A stretch of 64,000 nt of DNA from Chiloscyllium plagiosum (GCF_004010195.1 NC_057733.1:42163486-42227485); one strand, 5' to 3'; positions 36,826 to 51,227 are shown, counted from the first letter of the stretch. Notes: generated by a model not told the origin, from the letters alone. A program made the numbers and translations.

Positions 36826-37243
36826 GTCCAGAGTCTCTCTCAGAAAATGAGTAGTGGTAGAGTATAAATAATAACATTGCAAAATTTCAATCAGACAGTG
36901 TTAAATATAGCGCAAAACTTGAAGAAGCTAAATGAGCAATTACAATAGCCTTTTCACTTATAATAGCATCCAAGTATATTTTCTGGTAAAATATGTATTT
37001 TAATTCTACTTTCTATACTGTAACTCAGAAGGGAAACAAAAGCATGTAACTCCATTTCTTTATCATACAGCCAACTTTGTGGTTTTGGGACCAATCAAAC
37101 ATAAACTACGGCACTGGCATAACAATGAACTCACCCTTCCTCACGTACACTCATCCAATCGGTTTAATTAAGAAATTGATCCAATAGTACAGCCAAGGTT
37201 CAAATTTGAAAAAGACAAAGACAAATTTATTCTCTCTACTTAC

Positions 37244-37352
37244 TGAGGTTCTTTGCGAAAGTTTGTTCAGATTATTGTTAAGGTGTGGAGTGAAAACGTC
37301 CAAATCAAATGGATCAATATAGCTTTCCAATGTGTCTGCCACTTTCTGAACC
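37244..37352 (-). CDS. COG1: COG1 coding exon (equivalent to human exon 11)
   Basis: 109 bp with gtaagt donor. Encodes VQKVADTLESYIDPFDLDVFTPHLNNNLNKLSQRTS. Confidence 0.95.
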
Positions 37353-37471
37353 CTGATTCAGAAAATAAAGAATAATATCAACGTTTATACTTGAATTCTC
37401 CAATATTACAAGTACATAGAAGTAAGAATATTAAATAGAATAACTTTGCTGCTTAAAAAGAGATTCAGTAC

Positions 37472-37599
37472 CTTGGGTCCTGCTGGATCCTACTGCTTTT
37501 TACCTCTTCATTTCTGGAAGTTAAAATTGAACCAAGATACCGAAGATCAAAAAGCAGCTGCAGAGCTCTATTCTGGGTTAAAGGGAATGCAGAATCACT
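37472..37599 (-). CDS. COG1: COG1 coding exon (equivalent to human exon 10)
   Basis: 128 bp, AG/GT borders. Encodes SDSAFPLTQNRALQLLFDLRYLGSILTSRNEEVKSSRIQQDP(R). Confidence 0.95.
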
Positions 37600-37723
37600 C
37601 TGAAACAGAACATAAATTGAAGAGGAGCAAAACATGAGTGCTATATTTAGCAAATACATTCCAAGAAAGTTAGTTCAATAATGCTTCATTTATGATGTTT
37701 ATGAGTAGAAAGAAAAGAGAGTA

Positions 37724-38240
37724 TTTCTCCTTCCTATCGGAAAGATGTTGTGAAATTTGACAGGGTTCAGAAAAGATTTACAAGGATGTTGCCAGGGTTG
37801 GAGGATTTGAGCTATAGGGAGAGGCTGAACAGGCTAGGGCTGTTTTCCCTGGAGTGTCGGAGGTTGAGGGGTGACCTTATAGAGGTTTACAAAATCACGA
37901 GGGACGTGGATAGGATAAATAGACAAAGTCTTTTCCTTGGGGTCAGGGAGTCCAGAACTAGAGGGCATAAGTTTAGAGTGAGAGGGGAAAGATGTAAAAG
38001 AGACCTACGGGGCAACTTTTTCACACAGAGGGGGTACGTGTATGGAATGAGCTGCCAGAGGAAGTGGTAGAAGCTGGTACAACATTTAAAAGGCAACTGG
38101 ATGGGTATATGAATAGGAAGGATTTGGAGGGAAATGGGCCAGGTGCTGGCAGGTGGGACTAGATTGGGTTGGGATATCTGGTCGGCATGGATGGGTTGGA
38201 CTGAAGGGTCTGTTTCAATGCTGTACATCTCTATGACTCT
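37724..38240 (+). mobile_element. CR1 LINE 3' end
   Basis: RVQKRFTRMLPGL...RLRGDLIEVYKI, followed by a CTATGACTCT tail. Confidence 0.92.
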
Positions 38241-38439
38241 AAGTTCTGATCTTTAACTACAGTGCATTTACTACAAACTCTATAAATCTTCAGTGAAGAT
38301 GGCAGAGTTCGAATGATTCCCTAAATTTATAACATATATCAGAGCTGTTCAAAGTTACTACCTTGGACCTATGGTGATAGGGCAGCTTTTTTTTCTAAAA
38401 GCAAAAAGTTTAACACACTAATCAGAAAGGCAGCCACCA

Positions 38440-38960
38440 ATTCTGGCCAATGAAAAAAAAGGCAAAGCAACAAACCTGATCCACAGGAGCAAGAAGCTCC
38501 TATAGCAAGCCTGTACTCTCACAATACTGCAGTAAGGCTGAGGAGTCTGGACAACCCACACGTGTTAAGAGAAAATGCTCGCAACCAGCATTTGTTTTGC
38601 ATCCCTGACATCACGTGACAAGATAAAGCACCCCCTTCTATGGCAAAAAGCTGACAAGCATATTAGATTAATCAAAGAAAGAAGGTTCTTAGTGGCTTGC
38701 TCATGAGCACAGGATGGAAAATGTTTACATCCCAAGTTTATGCTATTGGAGAATTAGCCTGTACCAAATGACCAATATGACACCCAAAGCTCCAATTCAA
38801 GGATGCTATCAAAAAATTCACAAAAGCCTTCAGTATTAAATAGAGTAAGGCAAATGTAAATCCCAAACTGACAACCAATACACATGTTGAACCAGCTGTG
38901 GGTAGAACTTTGCCACTACCACAAAATGTGGTTACAGGTGGTCCAAAGCTGTCACCAGCC
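38440..38960 (+). mobile_element. Ancient RTE-type LINE 3' remnant
   Basis: Degenerate IT*QDK, WLAHEHRMEN and IGELA remnants resemble RTE WQDK...RLRWLGHVxRM...LYGEL. Confidence 0.5.
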
Positions 38961-40089
38961 TTGTAACAGAGCAGATCATCCTACGCTACATGCAAAGGAC
39001 ATGCTGTGCTGGCAGCAGACTTTCTATTTTTAGGACTGGTTGGCTCACTCATTTAAAGAAATGCAGTAGAGAATCTCATTTAAAAGTTTTAAGGTTGTAT
39101 ACCTGTCACCTCTCATAGGTAGAAGGATGCCCATTTTTCTCCAAATGAAAGATATCAAGCAATAATTTATTTATTATTTGAGTATTGCAATTTTGTCAGA
39201 GGTCACCAGCCTACCCATTTGAACAAAAAATAAATGTGAAACAACCAACACCTGAAAGAGAAGTTAAAACAATAATAAAAAAGCCTCAAATTTCTCTCTT
39301 GATCCAGACCCTGCCAATGTTGTCAATGACCCATGAACAACACATTATTGACTTTAGGATCTTTGAAATACCCAAAGATCCAATAGTATTTGGAGAAAGT
39401 GAGTCAGTGCTGCCAAAGTAAGCAGGATCTGTAGGTGTAAGCAGGAACTAGCAATTTTGAAATAACATTCACCTTACTGTAAATCAAACAAAAAAACGAT
39501 TATTTGGGGTTGTAAAAAGGTTCACAAAAGTATATTGCATTTTATAAGTCATTTTCTTGACTAAAGAAACAGATGGAAAGGCAAAGTAACTAACTGAGAC
39601 AAGTGCTGTGGGGAAAGGCACAAAATTATTGCCTAAATATATAACGATTGCAGTAGCCTCCTAAAATACTGAAGGAGGAGCCAATCAAATGATTCAATCT
39701 ACTTTTGCATTTCAGTGCAAACTTAATTTGACATTTCTCTTTCTTATTGAAGAACATTAATTGACTCTCTGGTCTGAGGAAATGTAGAGTCTGAATTGTG
39801 TATAAAAATTAGTCAGTTTCTACTTTTAGGAATACAGGCCAAGTTTTGTACATTCACAGCAATAGGTCTGGAGAATCAAAACCTCACTGCAATATCTAGT
39901 AACCACGCCCAGATCCCTTCAATACACTTTTGAGCATGATTCATACATTTTGAGGGGCCTGGAGTGGACTGGACACAGGTTTAGAGAAAAAGAAGCACAA
40001 CATCAGTAGGGAGTTTAAGATATTCTGATTCTGCATCAGGTTATATACTTTATCATATAAATTGGAGATTAGTAGGGTGGTGTTGTGAT

Positions 40090-40276
40090 TGTAACAAGGT
40101 CGGCCAGATTGTCCGCACAGAAGAGTCCCCTGACTGGGGCTGTTAATCTGGAGTGTTAGAGGTTCTGTTCACTCTGACAGCTGGCTCTGAAGGAGGCGGA
40201 TCAGAGTGAAGAACTCTCCCCGTCTAAATAAACGGTGACTTGGTGACAGGATACTGGCCACTGTGGAGTTATTTCA
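40090..40276 (+). mobile_element. Putative short solo LTR
   Basis: TGTAAC...AATAAA...TTTCA organisation. The TSD is imperfect. Confidence 0.45.
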
Positions 40277-41129
40277 GATGGCATTTAAAGTATCATTAGT
40301 ATAATCTTTTGTTGCAGTAAATTACTGAATATTTCTCTTCAGAGTTGCTCCCACACCACTGATCTGACTTTACCAAAAATAATACCAGTAGAAAAATGGT
40401 CAACATTACAAATGCTTATTTTTGAATTTAAATGACACAAAAAAGACAATGATTAGTTGTGTGGATGCATGATCAGCAAAGTAAAAATAGCCTGTTTTTA
40501 AATATATTTTCATGGGATATGGATGTTGCTGACAAGGAGACTGGCCCTCCCTAACTGTCCATGAACTGGGTCGCTTGTTAATTAATTTCAGAGGGCAGCT
40601 ACTAGTCAACTGTGTGCTAGCCACAGTGGTCAGACTGGGTTAGGATAGCAGATTTCCATCTCTAAAGGACATGCATGCATCAGATTTTTTTTAGAAAGGA
40701 TAACTTAACTGATGATTTTTTAAGATTATTTCCACTCTAAATCTTATTAATTGAATTTAAAATTCCACCAATTTGAAAAGGTGGAATTTGAACCCATATC
40801 TCCGAGCATTAATCTGAGCCTGTGTGATTAATAGTTTTGTTTATCTAAAGGATTACAGAGACATTGGTAACTAATCAAATATAAAACATACTGCAAGTTA
40901 AGGTGAGAATTGATATCACCATTGTGAACATAATCGGTGTTGAGCAAGAATGGCTACACATTCAACCCCCGGGCAATAACGACAGAAGGAAAGTATGCTC
41001 CACTATCATACTGAAATTAAAGCTACTCTGTAGTTTTTTTCAATTAATAAATGAGGATTTGACTGTTTCCTGTACCAAAGGGAAGGCACCCAATTCTTCA
41101 TGTTTACTCACAGAGTCACTAGTGTCAAA

Positions 41130-41360
41130 ACAGGCTATTCCACCCATCAAGTCCACAGTGACCCCACTGAAGAGCATCCCACCCAGCCCACTATCCTATC
41201 CTATCCCTGTAAATCTGCATTTCCCATGCTAATCTGTCTAACCCACACATCCCTGGACACTATGGGGCAATTTAGGCCAATGCACCTAACCTGCACATCT
41301 TTGGACTGTGGGAGGAAATCCATGCAGACACAGGGAGAATGTGTAAACTCCACAGTTGGC
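41130..41360 (-). mobile_element. Degenerate HE1-type SINE
   Basis: CACCTAACCTGCACATCTTTGGACTGTGGGAGGAAA V-domain match. Confidence 0.8.
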
Positions 41361-41590
41361 CAGGGGTGACTCAATAAATCTGAATAAAAAGCAAAGGATG
41401 GACAAAAAAGGAATTACAGACAACAACACATACTGGAGTTCAAAAAGTTAGCAATTGCAAATCTCAAATGAAGTGCATTTTACCTCTTAGGATTTTGCCC
41501 AAATACTCTGTAGGTCGCACTGCAGTTAAAATATGAAATACAACAATACCAACAATGGCCTGTGAAGTTTTTTTTTGAAAAAGTACACAC

Positions 41591-41752
41591 CTTATCTAAT
41601 TTTGCAGAACATAACATTTCATAACCAGTAAGGACCTCATGCAAACAAGTCTTCAGCAACTCCTGAAGCGTGATCTTAGGAAGAGCATGACCTCCAACTC
41701 GGTTTACTTCTTGGCATAACTCAAAAAGCAGCGACTGTACATACCAAGATGG
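41591..41752 (-). CDS. COG1: COG1 coding exon (equivalent to human exon 9)
   Basis: 162 bp, AG/GT borders. Encodes PSWYVQSLLFELCQEVNRVGGHALPKITLQELLKTCLHEVLTGYEMLCSAKLDK. Confidence 0.95.
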
Positions 41753-44304
41753 CTGTCAAACAAAAACCAAAGACACAAAGCTAATTAAGTAACAGAATAA
41801 TAATCAGCTGTTCTTAAAAAATTCAATTACTGAACATAATCAACATCCCATGTGGTATAATAATTATTGGCAAAGTGAACCTGCTAACCAAAAATGTTCA
41901 CTTCTCACCTCTCAGCACATTTATTTAAAATAGAACAAAGGAAATAACATTTAGATATAGTTTGCAATTTTACACAAAAAAACAAACTGCAAAGAACTGT
42001 CGTTTTGACAGATTATTTAGAATAAACTTTCCAAATAAGCTTTCAGAAAACAATTATTACTTGGAGCAGTTTTATCATTGAGGAAAGTGGCTCAGAGAAG
42101 TTACTTAGGTTGTTAGGAGGAAGTGAAGTTAATTTGAATAACAGTAGTCTGATCTGAGGTGTCTTAACAATACTGTCATATCAGTTATAATTAATTCAGT
42201 TCCTTTAGATAACACTTGCAACAGCTGAAATTTTCATTAAAAGCTCAGCAGCACTTATGAAGTACTTGGAAACATAGACACAAATGTCAAAATAAATCAC
42301 AATTCTTTGATATAATCTGAATTTTAAAAATGGTGTTCCAATAGAGAGATTGAGTGGTACTGTAGCTTAAGACACTGATCTTTACTTCCAGCAGCTGGAG
42401 GCAAATCCACCAAGACTGAATTGCTGTTTATGCCAACCTGAATACAAATCAGTTGGAGCAGTGCAACTGGAGGCAAGAGCTCAGTAAATAAAACATGAAA
42501 TATACATATAGGCAAAACAAAGGTAAATCACTTAATGTAGACAACTATGGAATCTTGCACGTAGAAAGGAAAAATACAATGCGCATATCTCACAAATAAA
42601 TATGGATGAAATGCATCTCACAAATAGGTATGCATCTCACAAGTGGAAATAAACTAGGAATCTGAACAGACTTGATGTTAACTATGTCCTATTAACATTG
42701 AACAGTCAACAAAGCCAAAAGGATGGTGAGGTATAGAGCCAGAATACAGATTGAATTTTGAACATGCATCCAGATTAGGAGGCAAGTAATCATAAAACAT
42801 GGATAAGATTGTTAAGGATATGGCAAAAAAATCAAGCCAGATTACTACTTTAGTTTAATCAATGCTGCCAAATCAAAGTAAACTAACCACATCAAGATCC
42901 ATCAATTTCAGGGGAGTTCATTTTCTCAATGGCAGCTTAGATCACCAAAGGTACCTTCAAGCAGTTAACAGCTGGGAAGTCAGCATGGAATAAGCAGTCA
43001 CATTTAAACACCAATATTCTTTCAGAAAGTAAAAAGGGGAGTGGGGGGGGCAGTTAAAATACATTGACAATCCATCACTTTTAATTTACATTTTCAAATA
43101 GTGAAATAAATGATTGGATTAAGGTCAGATTTTAAAAACTGAAAATTTTGAATAATGTAACGTTAAAAGTTATTACGAAGGAATATAACAAGTATAAAAT
43201 CAGCTTTTCTCCAAAACAATGAGTTTATAACCATAATTATGAACTAGTAATACTTTAAAAACCCAGTTAGATTCGATTTAATGAAGTTTATATTTTTTCC
43301 ATAGGTTTTTATGGCAACATCATTAAAGTGGAGTCAATTCATTGTCTTGCATACCAGAGCGACCTCAACTGCACACTGTGTACAGAATAACAACCTTTAA
43401 ACTGTATTCATCTGTGGATATATCCTGTGTTAGAAAGTCCTCCTCACATATGGGGACATGAGTAACCTTTCTATACAGACCTGAACATTCAAACGTTGGT
43501 GAACGAATTAGAAGACCAAGCATTCACATGCCCTCATTTTCTTTTCCAACTCTGATTACTTAAAAAAAATCACAATGGAACTGATCAAGTCTCACAGAAG
43601 GAAGATAGAAAAAAAAAACAGGCTGAATGGAACTGTTGTCCATCAGCAAGGAATGTTTTCAAGCAAGGTTTAAAAAAAAAAATCATGTCATGTATCCTAA
43701 AATAACTCATTTATCATCCATCTTCTTCATATCAAGGCCGTATTTGCACCCAGCATTGGAATCAGCAAAAGATGCAAAAGGTGCCTTGTTAAATGTAATG
43801 CCGAATTCATAATCAGATTGAAATGTCAATCTTACTGTAATAATTATCTATACAATTTTACTTTCAGTCCTGCATGGTATATAGTCAGGATTTATGTTCA
43901 TCTATGGTACTGATAGATTAGATTACAGACATCTGTGGTTTCACATTACTTTGAGCACTACTTTTATTGCCTCAGAAATAGCCCAGCAAATTCCAGCACC
44001 AGTCAAGCAACAGTTGTACTTTACTATAAATAACAGAAGGGATCATTATGTGAACTAATGAACATTCCATGCTTCATGCAGCTTTCTGCAATTATTCCAA
44101 ACTCAGCCCTAATCACCACCCAAAATAAAGAGTGTGTGTCATTGGTTAAAATTCTCTCAACTTTACAAAGATGAATGTTTTATTCCAATACTATTGAGTT
44201 GAGTCAAAGAACAATGGATGACGAAGATCAGAAACAACAGTATTAGAAAATGGAGAACATCTGGGCCCACTGTGGCAACAAACTCAAGTAATTTTGAAAT
44301 TGTG

Positions 44305-44400
44305 AGGGAAGGGACAAAAAGGAATGAAGGAAGGAAGGGAGGGAGGGAAGGAAGGAAGCTGGGAGAGAAAGAAAGGAAGATGGGAGAGAAAGAGAGAGCA
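44305..44400 (+). repeat. Purine-rich (GGAA/GAGA) low-complexity tract
   Basis: gaaggaaggaagggagggagggaaggaagg... Confidence 0.85.
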
Positions 44401-44497
44401 AACAAATTAATCTCGAGCCACAAGAGAAGTCAACATTTACAAACTAACATCTCAATCTCACTGCTAAAGCTATCAGAAAAATTAAATGGAGGCTTCA

Positions 44498-45492
44498 TTT
44501 AAGGGTAGGTCTTGCCTTACAAGTCGTATTGAATTCGTTGAGGAGGTGACCAAGCATGTGGATGAGGGTAGAGCAGTGGATGTAGTGTACATGGATTTTA
44601 GTAAGGCATTTGATAAGGTTCCCCATGGTAGGCTTACGCGGAAAGCCAGGAGGCTTGGGATCGAGGGAAATTTGGCCAGTTGGATAGAAAACTGGCTAAC
44701 CGGTCGAAGTCAGAGAGTGGTGGTAGATGGTAAATATTCAGCCTGGAGCCCAGTTACAAGTGGAGTTCCGCAGGGATCAGTTCTGGGTCCTCTGCTGTTT
44801 GTAATTTTTATTAATGACTTGGAAGAGGGAGTCGAAGGATGGGTCAGTAAATTTGCAGACGATACGAAGATTGGTGGAGTTGTGGATAGTGAGGAGGGCT
44901 CTTGTCTGTAGCTCTCCTGCACAAAATTGCTAGTTGTTGGACCAGTTTTGTATTCCAATGTCACTGCCATCATTTTGTATTCTTCCAGCATCATGTCAGC
45001 CTGTTAATGAGCACTCGGTGTCATGATTACTTGCTTGCTCTCAAAGTAAGAGCTGCTGAATTAATAAGATTTACCAGGATGTTGCCTGGAATGGAGAATA
45101 GGTTGTACGAGGATAGGTTGAGAGTGCTAGGCCTTTTCTCGTTGGAATGGCGAAGGATGAGGGGTGACTTGATAGAGGTTTGTAAGATGATCAGAGGAAT
45201 AGATAGAGTAGACAGTCAGAAACTTTTTCCCCGGGTGCAACAGAGTGTTACAAGGGGACATAAATTTACGGTGAAGGGTGGAAGGTATAGGGGAGATGTC
45301 AGGAGTAGGTTCTTTACCCAGAGAGTGGTGGGGGCATGGAATGTGCTGCCTGTGGGAGTGGCAGAGTCAGAATCATTGGCGACCTTTAAGCGGCAATTGT
45401 ATAGGTACATGGATGGGTGCTTAAACTAGGACAAATGTCCGGCACAACATCGTGGGCCGAAGGGCCTGTTCTGTGCTGTATTGTTCTATGTT
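44498..45492 (+). mobile_element. CR1 LINE (second subfamily) with an internal segment replaced by unrelated sequence
   Basis: [11 protein letters not shown]...[11 protein letters not shown]...FADDTK runs to about 44902, non-CR1 sequence follows to about 45066, then RFTRMLPGM and the tail. Confidence 0.88.
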
Positions 45493-45634
45493 CATCAAAA
45501 TAAAAGCAAGAATCAGAACATGCAACTTTTAAGGAAGACCTTAAGTAACTACAAGTCTGCTGTGTTTTAAATGTAGAAAAAAAAAATGATCTAAAAAGAC
45601 TTCCAACACAGAAAAATAAAAAAATTATACAAAC

Positions 45635-45781
45635 CTGTACAGGAAGACGAATTTTGGATGTAACACTATTTCCAGCTTCTGTTTCCTCCTGAATTTCTAT
45701 TTCATCCCAGTTGGTGGCTGTAGATAAAATGCCTCCAGCTGTTTGAGAGAGCAACGTTCGAGTGAAACGGTAAACAAGAGC
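45635..45781 (-). CDS. COG1: COG1 coding exon (equivalent to human exon 8)
   Basis: 147 bp, AG/GT borders. Encodes ALVYRFTRTLLSQTAGGILSTATNWDEIEIQEETEAGNSVTSKIRLPVQ. Confidence 0.95.
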
Positions 45782-46310
45782 CTTAAAGAAAGAAATCAAA
45801 TTTAAGTGGTTATAAAAAGAACAAGAAAACCAGGAAGGACAGTGACTCATTGTTACATCAACCTTAAAGTAAACTGGTGTTTGTGCATTTTGATTGTTAC
45901 ATTTGATACAATGATTGTAAAATGCAACATTAAATTACATGCCCATAATTCTAGAATTTCACTATTTAAAAACGAGTTAATTCTACAATCTTCACACTTC
46001 TCAATATATTCCTAATCCAATAACAGAATACCGCTTTCATAAAACCAAACACCTGTATTTAAAACCCTCCCATTCAGGGTATGTGGCCTTCAGTTATTGT
46101 AAACATTTACAGCCAAGCCACTAACACCTCTCAAGTCAGTTTATTTCATAAACGTTGCTCAGGCTGAACTATAATCAATCAACACTCCTATATGTCAGAA
46201 CTCTTCGGTACAATAATTCTCCTGCATGATTATTAAACCATGTCAAATCATGCTGATCACTTTATATTAAGTGAAGACTGTAGATATCGGATGTTTTTCG
46301 TAGCACATTA

Positions 46311-46516
46311 CAGGTAGTTCTTCAATAACGCAATGGTTGCATTCTTGTGCGAACCCGCATTATTGAAAAAAAAAATCACACTTTAGAAACAGTGCTTAAA
46401 GCGTTGGCGATGTAATTGCATTATAGCCAACATGTTTGAAAAGTTCATGCTTTAGAAACAGTGTCCTCAATTCATCATTTGCATTAACGAAACGAGGGTC
46501 ATAGCAGCATGACCTG
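46311..46516. mobile_element. Tigger/pogo-like MITE
   Basis: Termini TA|CAGGTAGTTCT... and ...AGCATGACCTG. Confidence 0.5.
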
Positions 46517-47562
46517 CAATTGCAAGACAACACTGATTCTGAACCACTCAGCAGAACTTCTCCTTGTCTTACTCAACATTCACAAATGAAAGCAAAGTTT
46601 CACTTGAGTGATACTGTCATTGCTCTCAGAAGTGCTTAGTATTCAAACCTCAATAAATTATTCAATTATTTGACAGTCTTGAAAGTTGCGATTCTCAAAA
46701 GGCACCTAATTATACTACCTTTTTCATTATGATACAAGACTTAAATTTCAGTAACCTAAAAGAAAATAGGATTAAACTTTATCATTTGAATAGGATTCCT
46801 TCATGTAAAGCTTAATTTTATTATCTGTGTAAATGCTGATGGGTATATTATTTGAACAAAACACATTATGAAGGTGTTTGGAAGTTTTGAATTCCCATAT
46901 TCCTGTTAAAATTATCTTTTATATTGCAACATGATTTTGATAAACAAGATGGAAGATACAACAAAAGGAAAGCATGCAGCTGCCAGCCCGTAAGGCGGAA
47001 ACCTTCCTACTTTTGTTTTTCCTCTCGAGCAGCATTCAATTACAGAGATTCCTCAGCAATGGGAAGTGACTGGATCAGTGTTTGAGGGCTTTTTTAAAAT
47101 AAAAATCCTCCCAAAGGCAATCACTGGTTCATCTATATAGTGAAGCCACGAACTTCACAATTGATTTATAATGTTATAAAAGCCAAATGAAGTCAGCAGC
47201 AATAAAGCCACCATATTTCTAATATAGATCCATCACAGCAAGACAGTCACAGATCTGTTACCATGGGCAATAAAACACACTTTCTGCTGTGAGGAGTAAT
47301 TGCCCAGACAGACTCCAGAAAGAATTAACAGTATCTCTTCCTCCAACGAGGTAACAAGTACAAAAGATTAGGTACTGGTGGAATCGATCAAAGTGAATAA
47401 AAACCACCAATATATATGTTTGTTTAAAATCAGACTAAAGAAATTGCCCATTTTTGTCTGAGATTTGCACAACCATAAATTTAACAGAATGGTTTATAGT
47501 TTTTTTTAAAAAATGCACTATATGCAATCCATTCCTCCAGTTAACATCTAATTGCCAACCTT

Positions 47563-48110
47563 TAGAACACAGAACAGTACAGGCCCCTTTGGCCCTCAAT
47601 GTTGGGCTGGCCTTTTAATCCTACTCTAAGATCAGACTAACTTACACACCCTTCACTGTACTATCTTCCATGTGCCTCTCCAATCGTTGCTTAAAGTCCC
47701 AAATGTATCTGACACTACTGCCACTGCTGGCAGTGCATTCCACACACCCACCACTCTGTGTAAAGCACGTACCTCTGACATCTCCCCTAAACCTGCCTCC
47801 AATCATCCTAAAATGATGCATCCTCGTGATAAGACATTTCCTCCATAGGAGAAAGTCTCTGGCTATCCATTCTATCTATGCCTCCCAACATCTTCTACAC
47901 CTCTATCAAGTCACCTCTCATTCTTCTTCACTCCAATGAAAAAAGCCCTAACTCCCTCAACCTTTCTTCATTATACATGCCCTCCAGTCCAGACAGCATC
48001 CTGGTAAATCTCCTCTGCACCCTCTCTAAAGCTTCCACAACTTTCCTACAATGAGGCAATCAGAACTGAACACAATATTCCAAGTGTGGTCTAACCTGGG
48101 CTCTGTAGAA
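47563..48110 (-). mobile_element. Degenerate CR1 3' end
   Basis: Minus strand AGACCACACTTGGAATATTGTGTTCAGTTCTG..., with a TGTTC-type tail. Confidence 0.8.
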
Positions 48111-48194
48111 CTTTTGACTCAATCTCCAATCTGAGGCTTCCATTGCATCTACTTTTCTGGGTCCACTTGATTCAAAATCACCAACTGCAGCCTG

Positions 48195-50835
48195 GGCTGA
48201 AGGAAGGAGGAAACAGTATCAAAGGGACACATTCTATCGAAAGGACAGGTAGATGGGCAGAGGTGCTGGGGTTGCCTTGTTAGTAAGAAATGAAATTAAA
48301 TCAACAGCAAGAAGTGATGTAGAGTCAGGAGGTGCAGAATCTGTGGGTAGAGTTCAGGAACCGAAAGGGAGAGAAGAACCTCATGGGAGTTGTTTACAAG
48401 CCTCCCAGCAATAGGATGGGTGAAGAAAATAAAACCAAGAGATAGTAAAAGGCAACAAAGGCACGATTAAAATAATATGCAGGTGGACTGGGAAAATCAG
48501 GTTGGTAGCAGGTCGCAAGGAAAGGAATTTGCGGAATGCCTACAAGATGTATTTTTGGAGTACCTCGTGGTATAGCCCACTAGAGAACAGGTCATTTAAG
48601 ATTTGGCAATATGCAACGAGTCTGACCTGATTAGGGAGCTTACAGTGAAAGAACCCCATGGGGTCAGTGACCGTCATATGATTGATTTAAATCTGCAGTT
48701 TGACAGGGAGAAACTGGAATCAAATGTAATGGTATTACATTTGAATAAAGGTAACAAAGACGTGAGGAAGGAGCTGGCCAGAGTTCATTAGAAGGGGTGC
48801 CTAGCAAGGAAGACGGTGCAGCAGCAATGGCTGGAGGCTCTGGGGATGCACAGCAGAAGTTCATCCCAAGGAAGATGAAATATACTAAAGGGAGGATAAG
48901 GTATTCATGGCTGACAAGGAAAGTCAGGGACAGCATTAAAGCAAAAGAAAAAGCATACAACATAGTGAAGATTAGTGGCAAGTCAGAAGATTAGGAAGCC
49001 ATTAAAAACCAGCACAGGATAGCTAAAAAAAAAGCAATAATGAGGGAGAAGATCCAGTATGATAACAAGCTAGCTTGTAATATAGAGAAAGATTGTGAGG
49101 GTTTAATTTTTAGACATCTGAAAGGTAAGAGAGGCCTGGGTGGACACTGGACAACTGTAAACAAGGCTGCAGAAATAATAAGAGGGAACAAAGAAATGGC
49201 AAAGGACACAAATAGGCACGTTGCATCAGTTTTCATAGCAGCATACCAGAACTTCAAGAGAGTTGGGGGCAGAGCTAAGTGTAGTGGCCATCATTAAGGA
49301 GAATGGGCTGGGGAAGGTGAGAGGGTTGAATGTGGACAAATCACTCAGATCAGACATAATACTCCCATACTTCTGAAGGAGATAGCAGAGGATTGTAGAG
49401 GGCACTCGTGGTGGGTTTTCAGGATTCACTAGTGACATGGAGGATTGGAGAGGACTGAAAGATGGCTAACTTAGCAGCCCTGTTTAAGGAGGGAGGGAGG
49501 CAAAAGACAGGATATTATAGACTGGGTAGCCTAACCTCGATCATTGGTAAGATTTGACAGTCCATCATGAAGGACGGTATTGTGGAGTTGACACTTGACA
49601 ATCTGTTAGAATTCTTTATGAAGGTAACAAGCATGTTAGACAAAGGAGAGCTAGTGGACATGATCTATTTGGATTTGCAGAAGGCCTCTGCCAAGGTGCT
49701 GAACAAGAGGTTGCTAAAGAAGAGCCCATGGTATGAGTGGCAAAGTACTGGCATAGATAGAGGGTTGGCTAGTACTGGAAAAAGGCAAGAGAGTCAGGAT
49801 AAAGGGATCTTTTTCAGGATGGCACACAGCGGCTAGTGGAATTCCACAGGAGTTTGTGTTGGAAGCACAACTATTCATGCCGGACATTAATGATCTGGAT
49901 GAAGGATTTGAGGGCATTGTTGCTAAGCTTGCAGATGACACAAAGATAGGTAGACAGAAAGGGAGTGTTGAGAAAGTGGGGAGGCTGCAGAAGGACTTGG
50001 ACAGGTTAGCAGAGTGGACAAACTAGTGACAGATGGAATACAATGTGACAAAAGGTAAGACTATGCACTTTGAGAGTAGAAGTATATGCTATTTTCTAAA
50101 TGGCAAAAGGTTTCAGATATCTGAACCACAAAGGACTTAGGGGTCCTCACTCAGGGTTCTCTCAAGGTAAACACACAGTTCAATTGGATGTTAGGAAGGC
50201 AAATGCAATATTAGCATTCATATCAAGTGGGCTAGAGTACAACAGCAGAAACAAAATGCTGAAGCTACATATGGCTCTGGTCAGACCACATTAGGAATAC
50301 TGCAAGCAGTTTTGGGCCCCATACCTTAAGAAGGATGTGCTGGCCTTGGCCGGTGTCCAGTGAAGGTTTACAAGAATGATGAAGAGCTTGTCGTACGAGG
50401 AGCAGTTGAGGATGTTGGATCTGTACTCAATGACATTTAAAAGGATGAGGGAGGGGATCCGATTGGAACTTTCAGAATGAGAGGCCTGAATAGAGTGGAC
50501 TTGGAGAAATATTTCCAGTAGTATGAGAAATGTGCAGTTCCAGAGGGCACAACTGCACAGTGAAGGGACAATCCTTTAGAACTGAGACAAGGAAGAATTT
50601 CTTCAGCTAGACAGTAGTTAACCTATGGTGCTCATTGCTGCAGAGGACTGTGGAGGCCAAGTCATCGAGTGGATTTAAGACAAAGATCAATAGGTTCTTA
50701 ATTAGTAAGGAGATCAAGGGTTACACGGAGAAGGCAGGAGAACGAGGTTGAGAAAGCTATCAAACAAGATTGAAGGATGGAGCAGATTTGATGGGCCGAA
50801 TAGCCTAATTCTGCTCCTACATCTTATGGTCTTAA
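48195..50835 (+). mobile_element. Long degenerate CR1 LINE ORF2 (endonuclease to 3' end)
   Basis: EPHGVSDRHMI (endonuclease SDH region), DMIYLDLQKA, KLADDTK and LVRPH, with many stops and frameshifts. Confidence 0.88.
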
Positions 50836-51227
50836 CTAAACAATGCAGCCCCAGAGAAGTGGTGCAACAAATGATAGAAACCTCCGAGAGTGCAGAGCTG
50901 CAACCACTTCTTTATCCCAACTTTAACTGAGTCCTGCAACCAACTCCAAAGTGGAGCTAGTCCAGAAAGACACAAAGGACAAGGCAATTGAATATCAGTA
51001 GCACAGGACTAAACTGGAGTGAGAGGGGAGAATCAGAGCACTGCACAAGTAAAGCAACTGCTGACTGGAGTACACACACTGCCTTTCTCCACCAGTCTTT
51101 ATAAACTTTGGTTACCTTTTTGGGCAAAAATTTGAAAATCTCAATTCAAAGAACTATTTTATTAAAAGGATTTCTATGGTATAAAAGCAAAAACACTATC
51201 AAAAAAAAGGTAAATGTAGTCACTTAC

